Shown here piece after piece: positions 17,819 to 29,800 of a DNA stretch of 64,000 bases. A program made the position numbers and the translations under genes. The first letter of the stretch is position 1, and every line of letters starts with the position of its first letter. The stretch is from a virus (taxonomy: Duplodnaviria; Caudoviricetes): IMG/VR virus record IMGVR_UViG_3300013936_000014; one strand, written 5' to 3'. A model generated the notes under the pieces. That model did no database searches, had not been told where the DNA came from, and saw nothing but the letters and a program-made list of their open reading frames with translations.

Positions 17819-20800
17819 TTAGTGCTTATTGTTTCTGGTCAAGGCGGCGACTTGTCTCAATTGTTGCACAAATGAGTCGACGTTAAAGCTTCCATCCGCA
17901 TCTACGGTCATTTGAACCGTATTGATATTGACGGAATTGTCTGCAGAGCCGTCCGCGGCCGTCCCTGAAACGCTCATCCCGAGCAAAGCCTGCCTCTGCA
18001 AGGCGCTAAGCAGGTCTGGGGCATAATTTCCGAGGTTCCACAGATTCGATGTAATATCCGCCGGCACGATTCCGGAGTGCGAAGGCAAAGCCGTTATCGT
18101 CCCGCTTGGCGTGACGATGGCCTCAGATCCTTCTTCGTTCATGAGCAATGGGATTTTATTGCCCTTCGAAATATCGGTAGAACCTTTTTTGAAGCTTCCT
18201 CCTTTTTCTATGACGTCTTTCGGAACGTCGTTCTCAGAAACCCGCTTCGGCGCATCAAGCTTATAGGCAAGACCACCAATAAATCGAGTCCACTGCCCGC
18301 TCTTCCCAATACGGACCAAAGTCGGTCCATATAAATTGCCCTCCAACCATGAGGCAAAACCAGTAGAAGTGGTGTTCTCCTTGGCCGCATCATAGATGCT
18401 GACCGCTGTAATGTCATCTGAGTCTTTATTGACATAAAGCTTATGATTGCTGCCGCTCTCTCCAAGTGTGGCATTATAAAAATCAGCGCCCGTTTCGCCG
18501 TCTTTATCATAGAACTTGTTCCAATCAGAAGAAGACAAAACATCTGTTTTGCCAGGATTATACACGAACTTGTTCCAGTTGCCGCTGTCGTCCTTCTGAT
18601 AAAGGAACTGGTCTGGCTGCGCCTGTTTGTACCCAGCGCCGCCGGCGCCCGCGACCGTTGCGTCGTTTTTGCCGCCGAACATGTCATACATGTCGCCGCC
18701 TTCCGCGAAATCAGACGCTTTCCAATAGCCTTTCGACAAGCCGTCGTTGTAGGTGGATTGGTAGTTGCTCAAAGCGGTGTTGTACGCTTCTTGGGCTCTT
18801 GCCCTATCCTCATCGGAAAGATTGGGGTTGTTCATGGCTTCCTTTGCTTTCTGCAAGGCGTCGTATTGCTCCTTCAGCGTGGACTTTGAACTGTCCTCTT
18901 TCTTCTTATATTCCTTCATCCACTCATCCCATTTCTCGTTGGCTTGTTCAGAGTTTCCTTTTAATGTGTCTTCAAGAGAGGACCCGAGGCTGGAGATATT
19001 ATCGCTCGTCACCCCATTTGCATCGGAATAGGCCTGCAAGAAAGCCCTCTGAGTCGCTTCTTCCTGGTCGGACAGAATTGAGCTGAGGTAATCTTTGTCG
19101 GCGTTAAGCTGGTCTATCTGTTTGGTAACAGCGGAGACGCTCTTTTCATTCGTTATGGAATCCATGTTGTCTTTCGCTTCGGAAATGGCGGCTTGATCTT
19201 CCTCGTACACCCATCCGACGCCTTCGCGCCAGACCCTCTTCTTTTCTTTTGTCGCGTTTTCGAGCCTTATTTTTGCTTCAATCAGCTTATTCTCGTATTC
19301 TCTCTGAGAATTGATGTTTTGCATCGCCTCTTTCTGAGAAGTGAGATTGTTGATTTCCTTGTCTATCTGCGCGTTCTTGATGGAGACGACTTTCTCAAGG
19401 ACCTGCCTTTCTTCGTTGGACATCAATTTGATGTTCTTCAGCTCGGCTTGGGCCGCCTCGTTCAGTTTCTCCGAGAAACTGGTATCGTTATTGGCGACAT
19501 ATTGCTGCAAATCGTTGAAACTGTTGATCTGAGCCTGTGTGAACTGATCCCACTCGTCTCCCGAGAGGGACTCTTTCAGCTTATCGGAGAACGTATCGAA
19601 ATACGTCTCATTTGCCATGATGTCAGACATCTGGGCATCCGTCTGAAGCTTCTTATAGTCGCTCATTTTCTGGAACATCGCCAATGATAAGGTGTATTCG
19701 TCAGACGCGTACCCCAGAAGCTCTGGGTAAGTCTTCGCAACGCTTTGGAGAGTCGTTGCCCATGACTGCGAGCCGGACGCGATGTTCGTGATCGCCGTTT
19801 GCATGTCAGAGAATTTGCTCGACAAATCTTCTGCGCTAGCCGTCAGGTCGCCAAGGGTGAAGTTGCCGAATGCCGTTCCCAGCCCCTGCAGCTCATCGAC
19901 GCTCACGTGAAGGGCGTTGGCAAAATTATTGAGCATCTCCGTCTTCGTCTGCCCGTCTTTCATTCCAAGGATATCCGACAAACGGTAATTTTGTCCACTG
20001 ACTGCGCCATAAATATCCTCATTGGATTTCAACCCTTTGAGAATAGATTTCCTCGCGGCCGCCGTGACTTGCTTGTTGCCGTTCTCGTCTGTATAGAAAT
20101 AAGACGAGCCGTCGGCCATGCCCCCATACTTGTCTTGGAGGTAGGTTGCCATTTTTTCGATAATTGTATCGGTCCCCATGTCTTTAAGGGCATTTTGGCT
20201 AAGGTCAAGCAATGTTTTGTCCGTCCCATCGGCGTTTTTGCCGACAGACATCTCGAGAATCCCTTCTTCGACCCTTTGCTGGTCCATCTTGTCGCGGATT
20301 TTCTTTATGGTGTCGTTGATATTCTGCAATTTCGAGATCATGGCGCTCAGCTTGGCGGAATCCCCCTTGCCCTGAGCCTTCATCTCTTCCAGAGCGGCAA
20401 TCTGCTCATCCCTGGATTGGCTGTTCCAGGCCTCCAAGGTTTCTTCTCTGTCGACTTCGTTGGCCTTTTTTGCCGAGGCATAACCAGCCATTCCGCCAAT
20501 GGCAGCGCCGAACAGCGCCCCCGCCCAGGAAAACGCGCCTCCGCCTGCGAGGCCGCCAATGGCAACGCCCGCCGCGGCACCACTCGCGGTCAGCGCCGCT
20601 GTCCTCTTCTTAGCCCTGTCATTATATCCGCTGACGTCTAAATAATCGCTTTCAATGTCGGTGTTGAGGCTGTCGAGCTCTTTTTCGTACTCCGCATTTT
20701 CTGCGAGGTTTTCCTGCTTCGTCTGCGCCACCTTCAATGCGTATGCGGTCTTCTTTCTTTGAGCATCCGTCATATCGGCGAGGTTCGTCAACTCATCGAA

Positions 20801-23800
20801 AGATTTGGCCGCATACTCGTTTCCTTCGCTTTGGCCAGCGAGGAATTTGTTGGCATAAGCGACGAACTCGTCCTTGATCCCGGCGTTTTCAGACTTCGTC
20901 ATGAAATCCTTCAATTCATCCTGAGCTTTCACAAGGCTGCTATAATCATCGGCTGTCAAGGTCTCTTTGCTCGCCAAGTCAACGACATTCGTTATGGATG
21001 ATTTCGCCTCCTCCACCTGCTGTTTCTTTTTGTCGGCTTGTCCAAATCTGTCGTTTTTGAGGTTTTCGTCTCGCACAGCGGGAATAAGCTGCCCAATTAC
21101 GTAATTGTTTACAAAATCAGCGGCCGCCCCCGCTATCGCCCCGCCGGCCTCGCCTCCGAAGTAAGTGCCTATGGCGGTCGCGATTCCGGTGTTCGCCTGC
21201 ATGATGCCTTTGGCGTTTTCGTTGGTCGTCTCATTGGTCTCCCATTCTCCCGTGAATTGGTTTTTATGCTTGTTCCGGGTATCCGCGGACATGAATCCGG
21301 AAATTCCTGCGACAGCCGCGGCAACCGCTTTTGTGTTCTTTTCCTGCTTTTTCTTTTCGTCGAACTCTTTTCCGACCTCTACTTTGCTTGCCTCTCGCTG
21401 TTGCTTCAGCTCTTCGTATTTCTCTTTCGAAACGAAACCCAAGTGCCCTTTGGCCGAGTAAGTTCCGTTTTTATTCTGTTTAAGGGCGGAGAATTTGGTT
21501 CCGTCTTCGAGTTCTGGATCAATGGCGTGGGCCGCGATGTAATTGTCTCTTTCGAAGCCGGAAGAAAACATGTTGTATTCGTTTTTATTTCCTTTTAATT
21601 CATCGTTTTTGTTTATCAGCCTTTCTCTTTGCTTTCTGGCCTCTTTAAGCTCCGCGGCTTTTTTCCCGCCATCGTCTACTTCAAGAAGCCTATCGCTTTT
21701 GATCCCCGATTTCAGAGAGGCTTCTTTCTGTTTTAACCTCTTTATCTCTTTTTCGTTGTCTAATATATTTTTATCGAATTTTATCGCACTGATGGCTTTT
21801 TTCTTCTGTTTATCGGTAAGGCTGGTATCTGCAAACACTTCTTCTTCGGTGAGCCCGGAATATCTGTCCACATATAATTTTTTCCTGGTCTTGCCGTTTT
21901 TAAAATCGTCAAATGCCTTTTTGGCAAAACCTTTATCCCAAGCCAATTTTTGGCTGGCCAAGCTTTTTCGGTCTTCTTTGTATTTTGCCTTTTTTCTCTT
22001 TAGCTGATACTTTGATTCTTCTGTTGCATTCTTCCCTTCCGCGACATCTTTTTTATCATTTTCGATTTCTTCGAGGTCACGCTCTAATTCTTTTTCTTTG
22101 TCTCCGAACTCTAATTTCCTTAAAGCTTTTCTCTTGGCAAAAAGACTTAGTGTCGGATCCGAGAGGATTTTTTGCTTCTCGGCATCGACGTCTTGCCCTG
22201 CGCCTCGAGAATTTGCGACATATCGAGGATTTGCGACATAAGACTTGCCCTTCAAGCCTGGAACGGCTTTAGGAGCCGAAGATTTCCCCATATATCTGGT
22301 AATCTTTTTGACCTCATTTAAAATAGGGCTTGTGCCCTTCCTGATCTGGGAATCGATGAGTCCGCTTCTTCCGGTCTTCCCGCCGAACAGACCATAGGTT
22401 GGATCGAAAGAAGATTTTAATGTCGTTTTGAGCCCCTTCATGCTAAACCCGGCAAAGCTGCCCGATCTTTGCAGAATATTCAAAGCGTTCGCGGCGGCTT
22501 TTCCGGAGAACATTCTGATGAATGTTTTTGCGATAAACGGCAAATGCTCGACCAGCTTCGTCATTATGTTGTTGACCTGTTTGAAGAAATCGACGACTTC
22601 CGTCTTACTCGCCAATTCTTCCCACGCCGCGGCCAGCTTCTTCTGCGATGCCTCCAACGAATCTTCGTAGGCTTCGTATTTTTCCGCGGCAGTCCCCTCG
22701 GCATCCGCGGCCTCCTCTATGAAATCCTTGTATTTATCATAGTTTTCCATCAAAACAAGGAAGCTTTCCCTTTGTCTTGTGCCCGCCATTGCCGTAGCTA
22801 TGGCGTTTTTGCTGACGCTGTCGAGGGTCTCCCATTTGGCGGCGATATCATCAAGGACGTCATCGAAATCCCTGAATTCGAGATTGGATGTGCGCAAAGA
22901 GATGCCAAGCTTCTTCAAAACCTTGTCAATATCATTCAAAGATTCCGTGGTCTCGTTCTGGTCTCCAGTGATATTCATGCCAGAATAAGTCCCAGCCTTT
23001 ACATTTCCATATCTGGAAAGCATGGTCTTGATGGCGTTGCCCGTCGAAGACGCGTCTTTCTGAGAGACGTCCATGATCGTGGTTGCCATGGCGATAGATT
23101 CGTCAAGGTCAACCCCGGATAATTGAGCCGTCGTCGCGAACTGCCTTAAAGCTTCCGCGATGTCTCCGGCGCTGGTGGCGGCGGTCATGTCAACCTTCGT
23201 AAGCTTATCCACGACTTCCGTGGCGTCGCTGGCCTCGAGCTTGAACCCCTTCAACATAGAGGTTAAATAAGACGTGGCTTTCCCCGAATCGATCATACCG
23301 AGCTTGCTTAGCTGCAAAGAGGCGGTAATCAGGTCTATGGATTCCGAAACGGAATATCCTTGTCTAAGCCAATCATTCGCCGCAGACGCGACTTCGGATG
23401 TCGTCGAAGACATTTGCTGCGCGAGCGACGCGTATGTGGTGATGAGCTGCTTAGTGCTTTCTCTGCTATCTCCTGTGACAATCTGCAGGTTCACAAGGAC
23501 GGAATCAAGTTTTTCCGCGCTTTGGATGACGGTTGTTATGGCTTTTTGCACCTGCCCCAGTACCTTCCAGACGAGTTGGCCACGAATCATTTGATTAAAC
23601 CAGCCTTTGACACTCGTCGTTAATTGGGCCCAGATGGAAGGGTTGAGGTCCGACTGTAACGCTGCTATCTGCTGATCAGCAACGCCAGCTTCTTTGCTCG
23701 CCTTTTCCAGAATCTCCGCAAGCTGGTCAGCTCCGCCCACCGATTTTTCCCAATTGACTCCGCTGAGCGATTTGGCAAGAGCATCAAGCTCTCCCTGGTC

Positions 23801-26800
23801 TTTTTCGTTCGCCATATCATAGGCGAGTTTCTGTTGATTGGATATGCCACGGAGCCCCACCGCTCCAGACCGAGTTTCTCTTTCGTTGATCCTGCCTTGG
23901 ATCCTGATCATCTGGGAAAGGGTGCTTTGCAACCTTGTCTTGGCTTTGTTTTGCTCTTCTCCTATTTCGGTTCGACGAATCGCCTTCTGCTGTCGTCTGT
24001 CGGCTTTTATTTCTTTGTCGACGTCAATTTCCTCGCCGCTCTCCGTATTGTATTTCGAAAGATCGGCTTTTGTCTTTTTCGCTATTTCAATATTTTTGTC
24101 TATCTCTTTCAGCTTTTTCTCAAGCTCGTCCGCCTCTTTGCGAAGCTCGGCGACCTTGGCTTCCGTCTTTTCGTTCGAGGTATCCTTGAGAAGATAATCA
24201 ACCGTCTTTTTGCGTTCGAGATTCGCATTCTTCTCCTTCATGAGCCTCATGTAATCCGCGGCGACCTGCTCTTGCGTAGAATTGGCATATTTTAGATTCG
24301 GATCTGATACCCCTTCGACGTTGTATCCAGCATCTGCCATCTGCGTGACGATAGACTGCAGAAGTTTCATAGCCTCTTCTTTGGGAAGCTGGCCATTTGC
24401 GTATTTCTCGACCTGGGCCATTATCTCTTTGTGGCCAAGCGATTCAAAGGCTCGGTCCAATGAAACCAGTTCGGTCTTATGGGTTTTTGGATTTGTTTTT
24501 AAGATTCTGGAGACAGCGGTGTCTGCATGGATAAGCTGCTTATAATATTCTTCCCAGTTGACGTTCTTTTGGCCGTCGCTCTCCATCCTTTCCTGCAGGG
24601 CCTTAAAGACGGGCGAGTTCTTCCAGGCTTCAAAGCCTCCTCCGCCTTCTTTCTCGAACTCTTTCGCATAGGCGATATCTTGCCTTGCGGCAAACGAGTT
24701 CATGATCCCCTGGAGGATATCCCCCGCAGAGAGCTGTTGTCCCATCTTCGTTTTTAAGTCAACAAGGTCAAGGACATTGATGGTCTTGTTTTCGCCGTTT
24801 GGCATCGCATACGTCTCTTTTCTAAGCGAAGCCAAATCCGTGCGCCCGACATAAGACGTTTTGCCGCTTTTGCCTGTGACGCCAATGAATCCAGCCTCTG
24901 GCAATATAGCAGCTTTCCTCCCATCTATTTCCGCTCTGTTTTCGGGAGAATAGAAAGCATCCGTTGCCTGCATTTGGCTTTCCCACGCAGCAAGCAAATC
25001 GTCATAATCCTCGGCGCCATGCTTCGCGAGGAAGAATTTTTCGTCGTTATAGCCGTTTTCCCCGTGCACGGCCTTGAGAAAATCAAAATATTTGTTCTTG
25101 TTTTTTATGTAGTCTTCTCTTGCCGCCACCAGAGCTTTAACCTCGGGATGAGAATCCTTCTGAAGGGAATCTTTGTTGGCGTCATAGAGCTTTTCTAAGT
25201 CTTCGTTGCTGCTCCATGTCCAATTTTTCAATGAAGCGATGTCTTTTAGTTTTGAGAAATATTCGGTCTTTGCTCCGTATAAGCTACCCTTGAGCGCTGT
25301 TGCCTTATCTTCTCCGTCGCCGACAAACTGCCTCATTTGTTCCTTGGAACTATATCCGAAATACTTTTTGTCTTTGTTTGCCAGGATCTTGTCGACCAGG
25401 CCAGGATCGGCGCTTACCCCTGTATAAGGAGCAAACCCTTTTGTTATCGATGTGGTTGAAACAGGGGCGAGAAATTTCTTTTCTTTGAGGATCTTCGCCC
25501 CCTCGGCAGCGCTCATCAATCCATCGTTTTCCGCCACATTTGTGATTTTGTCAGAGAACCCGGTAATGGCTTCGAGGAAAATTGATAGAGCCTTGCCTAC
25601 TTCTCCACCAGATTTGCCCAATTCGGCTATTGCTTTGGATATTCTGTCGTTGGCGTTTTCGATGCCTTTCGCCCCGCCGTCTATCTCCGCTATCTGCTCT
25701 TGGGTCAGATGGCCGAAATAATAGGGATTCGACTCATAGTCCCTCTTCTCTGGAGTGTGCGTCTTGTTGATGGCGGACCTTACGAGCGTGTCTGTTGTGC
25801 CGTCCTGACCCGGCTCGCCTTTTCTCTGGGCGTATTTGGCGAAACGGTCGAACGACTTTGTGTACATATCGCCCGTGACGGTCCCGTAGTCTTCCACCCC
25901 AACCTTGCCGCTGAGCAGCATGTCGAAGAGATCTTTTTTGTCGTAATCCACTTTGGCGCGATCCAGTTTCCCATAAAGGGCCTTGGCCTCCGAGGTCTTG
26001 TCCCATTCCTCGAATCCGCCCTTGTTCTCGAAGAGCTTCGCGAATTCAACGTCTCTCTTGGTGGCTTTCCCATACATCGCGTACTCCCTGTATTTTCCTC
26101 CCGAGAGCTCTTTCAGCATCTTCTTCCCGCCCGCGATTCCGCTCTCTATCGCGAGAAGCCCGGCTTGGGTGGTGCGATTGAGGAGTTCGCCTTCGCCGCC
26201 CAGGAGGCCCATTTCGATCAGCTTCTCGTTCAACTCTTTGAATGTGATTTTCCTTTCGCGGAATTTTTTCTGGAGTTCTGAGACTTCTTCGAGGATTTGC
26301 TTCTGTTTGCTTAGAATCTCCTCTTGAGAGAGTTTCTTCGTCGCCTCCTCGACCGACATGTTCTTTTCTTTGGCCAATCTGTTTATGACTTTCTTCGCCG
26401 AGATGAGGTCTTGCTCCAGCGCCTCGAAGAAGGTTCTGATGATGATGGAGGATGCCGCGTTCTCATTCTCTTCTTTGAGTCCGTGGATCATCCCCGTCTC
26501 ATCGAATCCGAGGTCTCTCATCATGTTCCTCATTTGAGAGGCATAATTCGAGAAGACGCCGACCGCCCCTTTATTCTCTCTGCTCGCTATCTCGGCTGAT
26601 TGCGCGATCATGGCATCGGAGACGCCTTTGCCGAAATTGTCGCTGAGCACCCTGGAAGAGGCGTCTTTCTTCTCGTACTCCGCTTTCGCAATCCATGCGA
26701 GCTTTCTCATCACGTCTTGCTTGATATCTGCTGATTTGTCGAAGAGGACCCTTTCCGCGGGGGAAAGCTTGAGCAGCTTCAGGGCTTCGTGGTCACCGTC

Positions 26801-29800
26801 GAAGTCGGCGTTCTGCTTCTTCGCCAGACCGACCCCCAATTTTATGCCTTTCCCTTTCAGGTCTTTGTTGATGAAGATCTTATTGATAGTGTCGAGGTCC
26901 AACCCATTCATGAACGGGAAACGCCCCGCCATGCCGATGAGCCCGTGTGTCAGATTTCCGGACTGATAGGCTTTTTTCCAATCGTCGGAATCGACGGTGA
27001 GGACATCCAAGAGATGGTTTATCACCTCTTTTCTTGACATTTTGTCAATTGCTTGTGACTCGCCTTTTTTGTTCGTGTACGAAAGGCCGAATCCTTTGAG
27101 CATTTCCTTCAGCTCTTTGTTCGAGAAGAGATTTTTCTTGCTTCCGCCCGCTTTCTTCCCTCCCAGGAAGCCTTCCGCGGCGTCTCTCGAAATCTCCATG
27201 CCGAAAGAGGCAATATCAGATTTGAGGAGCCTGAGGTTGTCTCTCTGGGATTTGTCTTTCGCGATCTCGGATTCGTATTCCTCTTGGGACATTATCTCGG
27301 CGGTGTTGAACCCGATCGAGCTTCCGTTCATGGAATGCGACATCTTGCCCTTCATGAGATCCTTGAATTCCCCGCCTTCTTTGAATTTGACGCTGTTCGC
27401 CATGAGTTGGACGGTTTTGTTGGCGGCTTTTATTATTTTGCGGGGATCCCCCTCCTGCAGCGCGTACACAAGCTGACCATTCAGCTCATCTTTGTATCCG
27501 CTGCCGCCATAGCCCCTCCCGCCGGCCGAGGCTTTCTTGTTGAGATATATGGCTTTGCCTCCGAAGCCGTAATAATTCTTCCCGTCATAGGTGATTTTGT
27601 CGCCGAAGGTGTTGCCTTGGGTGTCGATGACCACCTGGAAGTCATCCTCCCTCGCCTGCGCTTTCTTCAGCTCGTCTATCTGCCGCTCCCTTTTTTCGAT
27701 CTCTTTCTCGTCGCCTTTGTTCCTCAGGTCTGCCAATTCCTTCTCCAAAGCCGATATCTTCTCGATTCTTTCGTTGTTGGCTTTATCCGCGAGAATTTTC
27801 CTTTGTTGGTCAATCGCATACACGAGGGTCTTCTCTTCGTTGAGGATATCGCCGCCGCCGCCTGGGATATAAGAAGGGGCCTCGATCTGATCGATGTCGA
27901 TCGTGTACCCTTTCCCTTTCCCGACGGTTATGTATTTGCTTTGGTCGAGCCCTTTGACGTCAACCCCCTCCGTGAGGGTTTTCTTCATCATGGCTACGGC
28001 TTCCTCATTGGAGCTCTTCAGCTTTTCCAGCCTTGCTTTGTTTTTTTCGTAGGCGTTGAATTGGGAGGCTATGTCATCGGCGACGTCATAGGCGTTTTTA
28101 TTGTTCCCCGCCGCCATTTTTTCCTTTTCTTCTTCAGTCAGGGAGGCTGCCGCCATGGTCAGCCCCCTCACTGCGGAATCGTAGCCAGTTACGAAATCAA
28201 CCGCCCCTTCGTCGGAGTAATAGCCATAAGACGGGTTGACATCCCCTCCGATGTTGACCCACTCGGTTTTCGTGTTGCCGGTGCGAACGAGGTTGCCGTT
28301 TTTGTCAAGGTCGTACGCCTTGCCGAAGCCTCTGTTGCCACCGAAATAGTCTCTGAGGGTGTCGATGTAATTGAGATAATATGACAATTGTTTCTCATCC
28401 GTCCCGCTTATGTATTTGTCAACCTTCTCTTTGTCATCCGTTATATAGACTTTGTCCCCATTCTCCACAGGTTCTAGGATGCTGCGGAGGAATTCCGCGG
28501 ATTTCCTCTGCATTTCGTCGTCGCTTTTGCTGTCTTTCTCCAACCTGTTGAAAAAATCCATGATCTTGCCGTTTTCGCGGAGGTCCGTCAAAGTGCTGAT
28601 GATATCCCCTTTGAGCAAAGCTCCATAGCTTCTGGCGTCTTTTTCGTCTCTTCCGTAGATGACCTGTATGTTGCTGTCTTCCAGATTTCCCGCCTCTTTT
28701 CCGTTGGAATAGGCTTTGATTTTGCCGAATTCGCCATGATGCGCCATTGTCATGGAAGTGCGCAGCTGGCCATTGGAGCTCACGCCTTTTCTGCCATCTT
28801 CCATAGGGACTCTGCCTTCGCCGGAGACGGTGACTCTTCCATCGCCTTCTCTGAATATGCCGACGTTGGCTCTGTCAGGAGTGCCGCTGTCTGCCTTGAA
28901 AAGGGTCATATGCTTTTTTCGGAGATAATTCACGAACATATCCGTGTAAAGCAGGTCCTCGTCCTTCACTGTTCCGTCATCGTTGAGAATTTCCTGTAGA
29001 TAGGCCAATCTTTTCGCTTTTTTCTTACTGAGATTCTTCTTTTTGCTGCCTTCTTTGATTTTCTTGTATTCCTCGTTTAGGGCTTCTGTCGCATCTTCCA
29101 CGTCTTTTTGCACGAAAGTCTCGTTCACGGTGTGGTGGGATGTGTCCATCACTTCCGCCAGATCTTTCGAAATGACGGTCTGCCCTTCTTTGACTGAGAG
29201 GTTGGAGAATCCCTGTTTGGCCAACTCGGCATCCGTCATTTCGACGGCCAGTACCGCAGCGTCGTACGCGACGCGGTTGTCGGGGCCGTTTATGACATTC
29301 GCCGCATACTTGATTTGCTTGGCCTCCCCCGTTTTCGAGGCTAATATGCCCCTGGCGTACATTTTGGAGAGCCTTTGCACCTTTTTCTCATCTCCAAGGA
29401 TATTGTGGGCATTGGTCCTCCCTTGCTCCCTTTTGACCGGCGACAGAAGGATGTCACCAGGCACGTCGTTTCTGTGCATCGTCGACGCTTTATCATTGTT
29501 GAAGGCCTCTTCCGAATTGTTGGCGGCGTCGTATACGAGGCCTTTCTCTCTCATGCTGTGCAGCACCTTTTTGAAATTGTCGTATCCATCTTTTCTGGCG
29601 AATGCCTTCTTAAGGCCGTCCTCTCTCAACTCAAGTATCTTGAGAGCCTCTCCCTCGTCTTTCGCTTGGGTGTACAGAGCCACGACCTCCAATATCTTGT
29701 TTTTGTACGCGGAATCCATTCTATAAGACTCCTCCATGCCTTCCAGCAATGGGGCGACATTGATCCTCTCGGATAAACCGGCGTCTATTTCGTGCGAACC

